Assembly: GCA_947444925.1 (NCBI GenBank)
Contig: CANFBW010000010.1
Coordinates: forward strand, 3,915 to 67,914
From: Flavobacteriales bacterium
GTDB taxonomy: Bacteria > Bacteroidota > Bacteroidia > Flavobacteriales_C > GCA-002722245
Direction: 5' to 3'
DNA length: 64,000 nt
Shown: positions 27,227 through 37,611 of the stretch, piece after piece
Position numbering within the stretch: position 1 is the first letter of the stretch
Layout of the letters: each line of letters starts with the position of its first letter
Notes under the pieces: generated by a model
Told to the model about the DNA's origin: nothing
Database searches by the model: none
The model's input: the letters and a program-made list of their open reading frames with translations, nothing else
Translations under genes and position numbers: made by a program

Positions 27227-29035
27227 CTAGTGGCCGTCAGCTTCGCCTTCTTTCAAAGGAACAGACTGGGGAACAAAGTCAACGTCGTAACCAGGCTTGC
27301 TGTAATCGTAAGGCCAACGGTGCACTTCTGGTATTTTACCAGACCAGTTTCCGTGGATTCTTTCGATAGGTGCCGTCCACTCTAAGGTAGTCGACTGCCA
27401 AGGATTTTGATTTGACTTTCTTCCTTTAAAAATACTGTAGAAGAAGTTGAAGATGAAAACAAATTGTCCGATTGCTGCCATAATAGCGAACATTGTGATG
27501 ATCACGTTGATCGGTTGAACATCTTTAAACAATTCATATTCTTCGTTAGAGAAATATCTACGTGGAACACCTGCCAATCCTAAGAAGTGCATAGGAAAAA
27601 ACACGCCGTATACACCCACAATCGTCATCCAGAAGTGGAGGTAACCCATTTTAGGCAACATCATTTTACCGTACATTCTCGGGAACCAGTGGTACACACC
27701 AGCGAACATACCGAAGATAGCACCCGCACCCATTACGATGTGGAAGTGACCTACTACGAAGTATGTATCGTGAATATTGATGTCTAATGCAGAATCTCCC
27801 AAAATCAAACCAGTCAAACCACCAGAGATAAACAATGAAATCATACCTAAGGCAAACATCATTGCAGGAGTCAATCTTAAATTACCTTTCCAAATAGTAG
27901 CGAGGTAATTGAAAACTTTGATGGCAGAAGGAATCGCAATCAACAAAGTAGTAAAAGTAAATACCGTTCCTAAGAAAGGATTCATACCCGTCATAAACAT
28001 ATGGTGACCCCATACGATGAAAGACAAGAAAGCAATTGCAAGTACAGAAACAATCATCGCTCTGTAACCAAAAATTGGTTTTCTTGAATTCGTCGAAATA
28101 ACTTCAGAAATAATACCCAACGCTGGCAACAAGATGATGTACACCTCAGGGTGACCCAAGAACCAGAACAAGTGCTCAAACAACAATGGACTTCCACCAG
28201 TAGCCTCTAAAGGCACACCGCTGAAGAAGATATCAGACAAGTAAAAAGCAGTGCCAAAACTTCTGTCGAAAATCAACAACAAAGCGCAACTCAACAACAC
28301 TGGGAAGGAAAGTACACCTAAAACTGCTGTGATTAAGAAACACCAGATGGTTAAAGGCAAGCGTGTCATCGTCATACCTTTTGTTCTCAAGTTGAACACA
28401 GTAACGATGTAGTTCAAACTACCCAATAAAGAAGAAGCAATAAAGATGGCCATTGAAACCAACCATAAAGTCATACCCAAACCTGATCCAGGAATGGCTT
28501 TTTCAATAGCACTTAAAGGTGGGTAAACAGTCCAACCAGCTGATGCAGGACCCGTTTCAACGAAACAAGAAGCAATCATAATACAGCTCGATAGAAAGAA
28601 CAACCAGTAAGAAACCATGTTCAAAAATCCTGAAGCCATATCTCGCGCACCAATCTGATACGGAATCAAAAGATTGGAGAAAGTACCACTCAGTCCACCC
28701 GTCAAAACGAAGAAAACGATGATGGTACCATGAATGGTCACCAAAGCCAAATACATGTTGGGATCGAGGATGCCTTCTGGCGCCCATTTATCTCCCAAAA
28801 AGAAGTTAGAGAATGCGAATTTCTCTCCAGGCCATGCCAATTGCAAGCGGAAGATCAATGACATACCCATTCCAATTACCGCCATAACAATGGCAGTAAT
28901 CAAAAATTGCTTGGCAATCATTTTATGATCCTGGCTAAAGATATATTTTGAGATAAAAGTCTCGTGATGCGCATGGTGACCGTGGTCGTCATGTGCGTGG
29001 TGACCTTCATTGCCGTGATGTCCGTGATCTGACAT
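27227..29035 (-). CDS. ctaD: Cytochrome c oxidase subunit I (heme-copper oxidase, A-type)
   Basis: [22 protein letters not shown] and [15 protein letters not shown], with 12 or more TM helices. The N-terminus is His-rich ([25 protein letters not shown]). Confidence 0.93.
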   Translation of the reverse strand: MSDHGHHGNEGHHAHDDHGHHAHHETFISKYIFSQDHKMIAKQFLITAIVMAVIGMGMSLIFRLQLAWPGEKFAFSNFFLGDKWAPEGILDPNMYLALVTIHGTIIVFFVLTGGLSGTFSNLLIPYQIGARDMASGFLNMVSYWLFFLSSCIMIASCFVETGPASAGWTVYPPLSAIEKAIPGSGLGMTLWLVSMAIFIASSLLGSLNYIVTVFNLRTKGMTMTRLPLTIWCFLITAVLGVLSFPVLLSCALLLIFDRSFGTAFYLSDIFFSGVPLEATGGSPLLFEHLFWFLGHPEVYIILLPALGIISEVISTNSRKPIFGYRAMIVSVLAIAFLSFIVWGHHMFMTGMNPFLGTVFTFTTLLIAIPSAIKVFNYLATIWKGNLRLTPAMMFALGMISLFISGGLTGLILGDSALDINIHDTYFVVGHFHIVMGAGAIFGMFAGVYHWFPRMYGKMMLPKMGYLHFWMTIVGVYGVFFPMHFLGLAGVPRRYFSNEEYELFKDVQPINVIITMFAIMAAIGQFVFIFNFFYSIFKGRKSNQNPWQSTTLEWTAPIERIHGNWSGKIPEVHRWPYDYSKPGYDVDFVPQSVPLKEGEADGH

Positions 29036-29069
29036 TTTTTATCGTTTTACAGGTTTCTAGTTCAATTAA

Positions 29070-30266
29070 TTATTTTCCGGCGAACTCGTCACCGAAAGTT
29101 TTGTATGATGCTATTCTCGCGTCGTATTCTTTTTGTGACAATACCACAATTGGGAAGCGCATTTTATAGTGCGATGCACCGCATATCTTGTTGCACACCA
29201 ATTCAAACAACACAAACTTTTTACCTTCGCTGGCAGCAACTTCAACCATTTCAGTTGAAGTATATTTAGGTGTAAAAGTAAAGTATGTTTTTTGTCCTGG
29301 AACACAGTTCATTTGTGCACGGAAATGCGGGAAATACGCAGAGTGCAACACGTCTTTAGAGCGGAAAGTAAACTCAGCCATTCTGTCTTTGGCCAGATAC
29401 AATGTGTCGCGAACAACAACATCGTCATCAGCGCCTTTGTAGTAAGCGGCATCATTTTTATGCTCCAGAATAAACTTTTCCAATCTTCTTCCATTTGCTT
29501 TGAAGGCAGAAAGATTTTGCTCGGCATCAGCCAATTCATCTTCCTTAACCACCCAGCCGTTGTTCACGAGTGAGTCTAAATTTTTAACAACAATCTCCAA
29601 TGCGGCAATTTGCTTTTTAGTATCAACCAAACTAGAGTCCACTGAAGCGGCAGTCATAATACCCAAACCATTAGAACCAGTGATCACAGAGAAATTAACT
29701 TTGCCCAACTGCTTGTCTTTACCTGGGTAACGCACCGTCCATTTAAACTGCTCAGCAACCAATTCCAATTTAACTGAGTCTTTTGTAGACTCTTGATACA
29801 TCACATCACTCCATGTGGTTAAACCGTATGAAATTAAGCTTAACAAAACTATAGCAGGAATGATGGTCCAAGCCATTTCCAATTTATTGTTGTGCGGAAA
29901 CCAGTACGCTTTTTGACCTTTCTTTTGAAAATACTTATAGATAAAGGCAAACATAACTGCGTGCGTAATCAGGAAGGTAACGAGAATCAATCCCATAGTG
30001 ATGTCGAACAAGTTGTCGATTTCATCGCCGTGCACAGATGCAGAAGAAGGTAAAATATATTTACCCCATACCACCATTTGCACCGCGATGAGTGCAAAAA
30101 ACACAACGCCAAACACAACGTACAAAACGGCTTGCGTTTTAATTTCGGACGGCGTTACAAAATCCGCATCGTCACCATTAAGTTTTGTAGCCAACTCGTG
30201 CGAGCGCATAATTTTTGCGACTGCAACAACAACAAGTACTACCGTAAAGAGAATCAATAATGCCAT
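29070..30266 (-). CDS. ctaC: Cytochrome c oxidase subunit II
   Basis: Two N-terminal TM helices and a C-terminal cupredoxin domain carrying CuA-type ligands: DVLHSAYFPHF...CNKICGASHYKM. Confidence 0.85.
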   Translation of the reverse strand: MALLILFTVVLVVVAVAKIMRSHELATKLNGDDADFVTPSEIKTQAVLYVVFGVVFFALIAVQMVVWGKYILPSSASVHGDEIDNLFDITMGLILVTFLITHAVMFAFIYKYFQKKGQKAYWFPHNNKLEMAWTIIPAIVLLSLISYGLTTWSDVMYQESTKDSVKLELVAEQFKWTVRYPGKDKQLGKVNFSVITGSNGLGIMTAASVDSSLVDTKKQIAALEIVVKNLDSLVNNGWVVKEDELADAEQNLSAFKANGRRLEKFILEHKNDAAYYKGADDDVVVRDTLYLAKDRMAEFTFRSKDVLHSAYFPHFRAQMNCVPGQKTYFTFTPKYTSTEMVEVAASEGKKFVLFELVCNKICGASHYKMRFPIVVLSQKEYDARIASYKTFGDEFAGK

Positions 30267-30296
30267 TTCAAAATATTTTTAGCTCAAACATTCAAT

Positions 30297-31529
30297 TTAA
30301 TGATACAAATTTTTGCTTTCCTCTAAGTAAGGATGGTTTTTAACCAGTAGCGGTTTACTCGCCAAAGATCGTAAAACAACGAACAAAAACGCGCCAAGGA
30401 ACATCAAAAACATCCCAAACTCTACAAAGCCTATTTTTCCAGCTTCTTTCATTGTTGAAGGAATGATCAACATTTGAAGATCTACCCAGTGTGTGAAGAA
30501 GATGATGATACCAATTACCAACAACAAGCCTTTTCTCTTTTTCGCGTCAGCATCCATCAAGAACAACATCGGCAGTATAAAATTCACCAACATCATGGCA
30601 AAGAATTCAAATTTGTAGTCGCGCAAACGAGCGATATATGGTGCAACCTCTTCAGGAATGTCAGCATACCAAATCAACATGTACTGCGCGAACCAAAGAT
30701 AAGTCCACAAGAAACTCAAAGCAAACATCCATTTACCTAGATCATGAATGTGACCTTTCTTCACCCATGACATCAAGCCTTGAGATTGCAGGTAGATCAA
30801 TAAACAAATTGTCATGATGATGCCGCTGATCCAAATTCCAGCAAATACGTACCATCCAAATAAGGTAGAGAACCAGTGTACATCCAAAGACATAATTAAA
30901 TCCCAAGCCAATACAGAAGAACCGTAACCAAAAACCACTAAGAAACCAGCCGCCATGGCAATGTTTTTAAAGTGCAATTTAGTTCCACCTTCCACATCTT
31001 CTTGCATAGATCTCTTTTTGAACTTCATTGCGAAATAGATGAAAGCACCCATGAAACCAAAGAAACGCAGCAACAAGAAACCTCCGTCAGCACCGCTTCC
31101 AAAGTTAAAGTAGTGTGCTTTGTGAGAAATAATTTCGTCGAAATCAGCGTGGTTCACATCGTACACATTTGGGTCCATCCAGTGGTACAAATGGTGTTGG
31201 TGACCGAAGCCCGCCAAAAGCACCACCAAGATCACTGCAGCACCAATTGGCAACCAAGTAATTATTGCTTCCAAAATTCTTTTGTACACAATGGTGTATG
31301 CTGCTTCAGCAACATATTGCAAGGCGAGGAAGAACAAGGCGCCGAAAGAAACTCCGAAGAAGAAGAATCCGTTGCCCAATAAATCAGCCCACAATCTTTG
31401 ACCCAAACCAGTATGCTCTGCATATTGATAATTGCTGTCGAGTGTCAATCCCAATCCGAATAGAAGAAAACCTGATGCAATTAGAATCAGTGTAAATCTT
31501 TTAGCCTTGGATGAAAATGTATATTCCAT
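30297..31529 (-). CDS. actF: Alternative complex III subunit ActF (NrfD-like membrane subunit)
   Basis: 410-aa polytopic membrane protein in the last position of the act cluster. Assigned by position and topology. Confidence 0.7.
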   Translation of the reverse strand: MEYTFSSKAKRFTLILIASGFLLFGLGLTLDSNYQYAEHTGLGQRLWADLLGNGFFFFGVSFGALFFLALQYVAEAAYTIVYKRILEAIITWLPIGAAVILVVLLAGFGHQHHLYHWMDPNVYDVNHADFDEIISHKAHYFNFGSGADGGFLLLRFFGFMGAFIYFAMKFKKRSMQEDVEGGTKLHFKNIAMAAGFLVVFGYGSSVLAWDLIMSLDVHWFSTLFGWYVFAGIWISGIIMTICLLIYLQSQGLMSWVKKGHIHDLGKWMFALSFLWTYLWFAQYMLIWYADIPEEVAPYIARLRDYKFEFFAMMLVNFILPMLFLMDADAKKRKGLLLVIGIIIFFTHWVDLQMLIIPSTMKEAGKIGFVEFGMFLMFLGAFLFVVLRSLASKPLLVKNHPYLEESKNLYH

Positions 31530-31556
31530 TTTCTGTTTTTTTTAAGTCTTTAAATT

Positions 31557-32279
31557 CTATTTTTTTACTTGAAGTGAATCAGCAGGCGCGGCTACAGAAG
31601 ATGAATCTGATGCAGTAGGCTTGGCCAATTTTCCTTGTAAACTTTGTACGTAGTAAACAATTTTCCATCTTTCTTTTTGAGAAATCTGAGAAGCATGTGA
31701 ACCCATCATCCCTTTTCCGTAGTGCATGGTGAAAAATATTTGTCCTTCCGGAAGATCTTTCAAAGCAGCAGTGTAAGAAGGAGGTGCAGGAAACTTATCG
31801 TTTTGCACCATTTTACCGTCACCTTCGCCTTTAGCGCCGTGGCAGTGGTCACAAAATATCTCAAACAATTCTTTTCCTTGCGCCAAAACGGTATCAGAAA
31901 AATGCAATGGATTTTTCAACTCTCTTCCAGCTTTAGCATAGCCAGTAGTATCGTTGGCATATGGAAAAGGAAGAAAACCTTCAGCTACAGTACCCTTTGC
32001 AGGTAAGAAACTCGTGTTACCACCTTTCAACAAGTTGTAGATCGCTGCCATTTCCACTGCGTCTGTTTCGATGTTGTAGCCTTTACCTTCCAATCTTTCG
32101 TAGATGGCTGCTGAATCAAGATCTCCTTTTTTGGTGTAAGTTTCATAAGAAGGTGATCTGTACATGTCAGGCATGTACTCAACGCCAGGGCTGTTTGGAT
32201 CAGATGTACAGGCAAACATACCAGAAGCAAGAACTGCCACCAGTGATATTTTACCAATATATTTAAATATCCTATTCAT
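31557..32279 (-). CDS. actE: Alternative complex III subunit ActE (monoheme cytochrome c lipoprotein)
   Basis: Lipoprotein signal ...LASGMFAC and a single heme motif CDHCHG. Confidence 0.75.
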   Translation of the reverse strand: MNRIFKYIGKISLVAVLASGMFACTSDPNSPGVEYMPDMYRSPSYETYTKKGDLDSAAIYERLEGKGYNIETDAVEMAAIYNLLKGGNTSFLPAKGTVAEGFLPFPYANDTTGYAKAGRELKNPLHFSDTVLAQGKELFEIFCDHCHGAKGEGDGKMVQNDKFPAPPSYTAALKDLPEGQIFFTMHYGKGMMGSHASQISQKERWKIVYYVQSLQGKLAKPTASDSSSVAAPADSLQVKK

Positions 32280-32294
32280 AATATTCTCTTCTTT

Positions 32295-32816
32295 TTAAGC
32301 CGCTTTTTTATTTATTTCAATGGCACCCGTTTCTTTCAACAAGGCAATCAATTCTGCTTCTTTCGATTCTTCCACATGAATCTCCATTACAAATTTATCA
32401 TCTGTTGTTCTAGGATCAGGATTTTTAGCCTTCATCCCTGGAAGTGTTTTGTTTCTCAGGAAGTAAGTAATCGCCATACCATGCGCTGTGCAAAATACAG
32501 TGAACTCAAATGTAATTGGAATGAAAGCTGGCAAGTTTTGCAACAATGAGAAATTTGGTTTACCACCAATGTTCATCGGCCAGTCAACAATCATGAAGTA
32601 GCGCATACCAATTAAGGCTAGTGACATTCCTGTCAATCCGTAGATGAAAGCACAAATCGCCAAACGTGTTTTTCTAACACCAATAACGTCGTCTATTCCA
32701 TGAACAGGAAAAGGAGAAAACACATCTGTGACATGTATCCCTTTAGACACCACCTTCTTTGCTCCGTCAAGGAGAACGTGGTCATCATCGTACATTGCGT
32801 AAATTACTGTGCTCAT
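32295..32816 (-). CDS. actD: Alternative complex III subunit ActD (DUF3341)
   Basis: 173 aa with two central TM helices, positioned between actC and actE. Confidence 0.7.
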   Translation of the reverse strand: MSTVIYAMYDDDHVLLDGAKKVVSKGIHVTDVFSPFPVHGIDDVIGVRKTRLAICAFIYGLTGMSLALIGMRYFMIVDWPMNIGGKPNFSLLQNLPAFIPITFEFTVFCTAHGMAITYFLRNKTLPGMKAKNPDPRTTDDKFVMEIHVEESKEAELIALLKETGAIEINKKAA

Positions 32817-32856
32817 TTCCTTTGTATTATTTCGCTATTCTACTTAATTTCTATTA

Positions 32857-34281
32857 TTAATGTCCATTTTTTGAACCATTGCCATTGACGTCAATGTGCT
32901 CACCTGCTTGCAATTGTTTCAACTGCGATTCGCCAGTAGTTCTCAAAATAGTTTTCACCTCATTCAAAGCCAATACCGGGAATACTCTGCTGTACAACAA
33001 GAACAACACGAAGAAAATACCGATAGTACCCAAGAACAAACCTATGTCGACAAATGTAGGGTGAAACAAATTCCATGAAGAAGGAACATAGTCACGGTGA
33101 ATTGAAGTCACGATGATTACAAAACGCTCGAACCACATACCAATGTTTACAACGATAGACATAAAGAAAGTCAACACAATGTTTCTTCTCCATTTCTTCA
33201 CCCACATCAACTGCGGAGAAACAACGTTACACGTCATCATTAAAGCGTATGACCACCAGTACCAACCTGTAGCACGGTTCATGAAAGCATAACCTTCATA
33301 TTCCACACCAGAGTACCAAGAGATAAACAACTCCGACAAGTAAGCAACACCTACCATTGAACCTGTTAACATAATGATGATGTTCATGTACTCAATGTGC
33401 TTGATGGTTACGTAAGCTTCGAGGTGCAATACTTTACGCATTACAATCATCAACGTACATACCATAGCAAAACCAGAGAATACTGCACCCGCCACAAAAT
33501 AAGGAGGAAAGATAGTAGTATGCCATCCCGGAATTACCGAAGTGGCAAAGTCCATAGATACAATAGAGTGCACAGAGAATACCAACGGAGTTGCCAAACC
33601 GGCCAAAACCAAGGATACTTCTTCAAAACGATTCCAGTGCTTAGCCGAACCTGACCAACCAAAACTCAAAATGCTGTACACTTTTTTAGAAAGTGGTTTC
33701 ACTGCTCTGTCACGGATGGTAGCGAAATCGGGAATCAAACCGATGTACCAGAACACCAAGGAAACAGAGAAGTAAGTAGAGATTGCAAAAACGTCCCACA
33801 ACAAAGGAGAGTTAAAGTTCACCCAAAGAGATCCAAATTGATTAGGCAAAGGCAATACCCAGTAAGCCAACCAAATTCTACCCATGTGCAATAAAGGAAA
33901 GAGCGCTGCCATGATAACGGCGAAGATCGTCATCGCTTCCGCAGAGCGGTTGATGGCCATTCTCCAACGTTGACGGAACAACAACAATACGGCAGAAATC
34001 AAAGTACCAGCGTGACCAATACCAACCCACCATACGAAGTTAGTGATGTCCCAAGCCCAGTCAACAGTTTTGTTCAAACCCCAAACACCAATACCTACAC
34101 CAACGGTGTAGCAAATGCAGCCCAGTCCCCACAATGCCAACAAGGTGGCAAGTGAAAACATCATGTACCACATTTTGTTTGCTTTTCCTTCTACAGGGCG
34201 GCAAACATCCTCAGTGATCTCGTGGTAAGTTTTCTTACCAAGAATTAAAGGCTCTCTAATTTGCGATTCTACGTGATGCAT
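32857..34281 (-). CDS. actC: Alternative complex III subunit ActC (NrfD/PsrC-like quinol-interacting membrane subunit)
   Basis: 474-aa polytopic membrane protein that follows the Fe-S/molybdopterin-like subunit. Confidence 0.8.
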   Translation of the reverse strand: MHHVESQIREPLILGKKTYHEITEDVCRPVEGKANKMWYMMFSLATLLALWGLGCICYTVGVGIGVWGLNKTVDWAWDITNFVWWVGIGHAGTLISAVLLLFRQRWRMAINRSAEAMTIFAVIMAALFPLLHMGRIWLAYWVLPLPNQFGSLWVNFNSPLLWDVFAISTYFSVSLVFWYIGLIPDFATIRDRAVKPLSKKVYSILSFGWSGSAKHWNRFEEVSLVLAGLATPLVFSVHSIVSMDFATSVIPGWHTTIFPPYFVAGAVFSGFAMVCTLMIVMRKVLHLEAYVTIKHIEYMNIIIMLTGSMVGVAYLSELFISWYSGVEYEGYAFMNRATGWYWWSYALMMTCNVVSPQLMWVKKWRRNIVLTFFMSIVVNIGMWFERFVIIVTSIHRDYVPSSWNLFHPTFVDIGLFLGTIGIFFVLFLLYSRVFPVLALNEVKTILRTTGESQLKQLQAGEHIDVNGNGSKNGH

Positions 34282-34300
34282 TACTCAGTATTTTAAAATA

Positions 34301-37300
34301 TTAAGCTTCTTTTGATAAATTTCTCACTTTCGTTTGGTAATAAACATTCGGTTTAACACCAACCTCATCGAGCATTGTATATGATCTTTGGTCTTTCGAC
34401 GCTTTGTGTACGTATGAATTCACGTCGTTCAAGTCACCAAACTGGATAGCGTGTGTAGGACAAGCCTCAGCACAAGCTGTTTCAATGGAACCGTCTTCTA
34501 CAGCGTGACCTGCTTTTTTCGCTTCCAATTTACCATGTTGAATTCTTTGAACACACATTGAACATTTTTCAATAACACCTCTAGATCTAACAACAACATC
34601 AGGGTTCAACACCATACGACCAAGGTCATCGTGTGCAGGATTGATTTTATTGAAGTCAGGATATTGTGTCAAATTCAATGAATCATATTGGAACCAGTTG
34701 AATCTTCTTACTTTGAACGGACAGTTGTTCGCGCAATATCTGGTACCGATACATCTATTGTATGCCATTTGGTTCAAGCCTTCCTGAGAGTGCGTAGTAG
34801 CAGCAACCGGACAAACCGTTTCGCACGGTGCGTGGTTACAATGCTGACACATTACCGGTTGGTAAACCACTTGCAATTCGTCGTCGCCATCAGGTACCTC
34901 CGCTTCGTGGTATTCAGCAATAGAGTTCAATTGATCCAACTCTCTTACCTTCTCGCCTTCCAAAGTAGAAGAGAAATAACGGTCGATTCTGATCCAATGC
35001 ATTTCACGACTTCTTCTCACTTCGTCTTTTCCAACAACAGGAACGTTGTTTTCACTTTGACAAGCCGTAGCACAAGCACCGCAACCGATACAAGTGTTCA
35101 AGTCGATCACCATACCCCAACGGTGTCCAAGATCGATGCCTTGATCTTCCCAAAGGTCGAGTTCAGCAGGCGTTCTTTTTTTGCCGTAAGTATCAGTCAA
35201 CATTTCTTGTTCATTGTAAGCACCAGCCGCTTTTGAATCTTTGGTGCTTTTAAAAATATCTAAGGTGGTTTCATTGACAATTTTTCTACCCATCATCGTG
35301 TGATGTGTTTGGGTAGTTGCCAACGGATAAGTATTGTCTGTTTTTGAAATCTCTACGCTGTTGCTGTACAAGAAATCTTTAGAGATCAAAGGGAAAGCAT
35401 TCACACCAATCAAAGCGCCTTCTTTGTACAAACCACCTTGCCACTCTTCTCTCGCAATACCTGAAGTGATTGATCTTCCGTAACCCAAAGCAACGCTCAC
35501 CGTTTGTCTGGCTTGACCAGGCAAAGGATAAACTGGCACTTCTAATTCAACGCCGTTTGCTTTAATTTTGATCACTTTAGCAGGATATTTCTCGCCCAAG
35601 TACAATTCGTTGTGGCCTTCATATCCTTTTCCAGTGATGCCAAACAATTCTTTAACATCTTCTGGGTGCATCGTTGCATAATTGTCCCAGGTTACTTTTG
35701 TGATTGGATCCGGTAATTCTTGCAACCATGGGTTTAAGGCGTGACGGCCGTCTCCCATACCTGCTTTAACGTACAATTCGACTTCCCAACCAGCGCTCGC
35801 CTTAAATTTAGCAGCTACTTCGTTGAAATTAATATCTGCGCTCGTCACTGTTGCAGCGGCCACCAAGGCCATATCTACTGCTTCCGTTTTCGGAGCTTCT
35901 ACTTTTTTAGTTTCTGTTGTTTCAACAATTGCAGGTGCTGCGTGTCCAACATAAACACCGTTTTGAACAGCTTCGTGCCAAGCAACATTACCTGAAACTA
36001 AACCTGCACTTGACCAATGTTCTTGCACATAGTCACCAAAAGCTGTGCTGTTACCAGACCAAGCCAAGATGCTTTCTTGCCATTGACGCGTATTGAACAA
36101 TTTGTTGATCGCAGGTTGTGCAATATTGTAAATTCCTTTAGCAGGATTGAAGTCATTCCATGATTCGAGGTAGTGGTTGTCAGGACAGATGTAATCACAT
36201 TCCGCACCAGTTTCATCCAATCTATCTCCCAAATAAATTTTCACTTTTACTTTAGCCAAAGCAGATTTGAAATCTCCTTTATCTCCAATTTTTGCCGGAG
36301 AAGAATACACTGGATTCACTCCAGCGATCAAAATTGCTCCAACTGAACCAGCAGCCATTTGATTCACCAATACAGCAAAATCAGTGTCGTTTCCTTTTCT
36401 GATGTGTAAGCCTGATTCAACATCTACTGTATTTCCGTAGTTGCCCAATTGTTTGTTGATGGCATTTACCAACAATTGAACGTTGCTGTCATTGCTTCCT
36501 GAAACCACCAATCCGTGACCGGCAGCAGCTTTCAATTCCGCAGCAGCTTTGTTTAATTTTTTCTTAGCGCCTTCTGTCAAGCCAGCCGGAACAGTAACAT
36601 TTCCACCAACAGCTTTCAACAAGTAAGCAGCAGCGATACCGTTTTCAGATGGTTTAAGTGTTGCTCTAACATCAGCGTTAGAACCTGTCAATGATAATTT
36701 TGTTTCGAACTGGAAGTGTTTCGACATCCATTCGCCTTCTGGTTTTCTTGACAATGCGTATTGTGCAGCGTATTGGTTAGAGTTCAACCAACCACCCAAG
36801 AAATCAGCGCCAATGCTTACAATTACTTTTGATTTATCAAAACGGTAAGAAGGAATCACTGCTTTGCCAAACATCATTTTGTTGGCTTTCAAAATCCCTG
36901 AGCTTGAAATAGAATCGTAAACAACGTGCTCCACTCCTGGGAATTTCGCAGCCAAGTCAGCGATTGCTTTTTCAGAAGATGGACTCATCAATGTTCCCGT
37001 CAGAACAACAATTTTTCCACCTGAAGCAGAAACATTTGACAAGTGACCAGTGATCTCTTTGTCAACAGTACTCCACTCTAATCCTTTTTGCCAAGATGCA
37101 GCCGCCTTTTTAGCTGGCGCTTTACCTCTTTTGGCATCGTATAATTCCAACACAGATGCGTTTACTCTAGCATTAAGAGCACCACCTGTAATTGCTGAAT
37201 GTTTGTTTCCCTTGATGAAAATAGGACGACCTTCTCTTGTTTTTACAACAACACCGGCGAAATCAAATCCATCAAAATAAGTAGAAGCATAAAAGTTCGC

Positions 37301-37570
37301 TACACCAGGTGTAATCTCTTCAGGCTTGTTCAAATAAGGAATTGCTTTAGTCACTGGCGTTTCGCAAGCTGCCAATGAAGCGGCAGTAATACTAAAACCA
37401 AGGTATTTCAAGAAATCCCTTCTGTGTGTTTTGCTTTCGGTAGCTTCGCTATCGCTCAAAAATTGGTCTACCGGAACATGCTCTGCAAATTCCTTTTGGC
37501 TTTGCTCCACAAATTGAGGCGCGGCCGTTAGCTCTTCCAGCCCTTTCCAGTATTTTTTAGTTTCAGTCAT
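34301..37570 (-). CDS. actB: Alternative complex III subunit ActB (molybdopterin-oxidoreductase-like domain plus 4Fe-4S ferredoxin domain)
   Basis: Tat signal HRRDFLKYLGFSITAASLAAC. The C-terminal part carries cysteine clusters CIGCGACATACQSENN, CQHCNHAPCETVCP, CIGTRYCANNCP and CSMCVQRI...CAEACP. Confidence 0.88.
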   Translation of the reverse strand: MTETKKYWKGLEELTAAPQFVEQSQKEFAEHVPVDQFLSDSEATESKTHRRDFLKYLGFSITAASLAACETPVTKAIPYLNKPEEITPGVANFYASTYFDGFDFAGVVVKTREGRPIFIKGNKHSAITGGALNARVNASVLELYDAKRGKAPAKKAAASWQKGLEWSTVDKEITGHLSNVSASGGKIVVLTGTLMSPSSEKAIADLAAKFPGVEHVVYDSISSSGILKANKMMFGKAVIPSYRFDKSKVIVSIGADFLGGWLNSNQYAAQYALSRKPEGEWMSKHFQFETKLSLTGSNADVRATLKPSENGIAAAYLLKAVGGNVTVPAGLTEGAKKKLNKAAAELKAAAGHGLVVSGSNDSNVQLLVNAINKQLGNYGNTVDVESGLHIRKGNDTDFAVLVNQMAAGSVGAILIAGVNPVYSSPAKIGDKGDFKSALAKVKVKIYLGDRLDETGAECDYICPDNHYLESWNDFNPAKGIYNIAQPAINKLFNTRQWQESILAWSGNSTAFGDYVQEHWSSAGLVSGNVAWHEAVQNGVYVGHAAPAIVETTETKKVEAPKTEAVDMALVAAATVTSADINFNEVAAKFKASAGWEVELYVKAGMGDGRHALNPWLQELPDPITKVTWDNYATMHPEDVKELFGITGKGYEGHNELYLGEKYPAKVIKIKANGVELEVPVYPLPGQARQTVSVALGYGRSITSGIAREEWQGGLYKEGALIGVNAFPLISKDFLYSNSVEISKTDNTYPLATTQTHHTMMGRKIVNETTLDIFKSTKDSKAAGAYNEQEMLTDTYGKKRTPAELDLWEDQGIDLGHRWGMVIDLNTCIGCGACATACQSENNVPVVGKDEVRRSREMHWIRIDRYFSSTLEGEKVRELDQLNSIAEYHEAEVPDGDDELQVVYQPVMCQHCNHAPCETVCPVAATTHSQEGLNQMAYNRCIGTRYCANNCPFKVRRFNWFQYDSLNLTQYPDFNKINPAHDDLGRMVLNPDVVVRSRGVIEKCSMCVQRIQHGKLEAKKAGHAVEDGSIETACAEACPTHAIQFGDLNDVNSYVHKASKDQRSYTMLDEVGVKPNVYYQTKVRNLSKEA

Positions 37571-37611
37571 CGTTGTTAAACTATATAAGAGAACCTATTT
37601 TCTTAATATTA

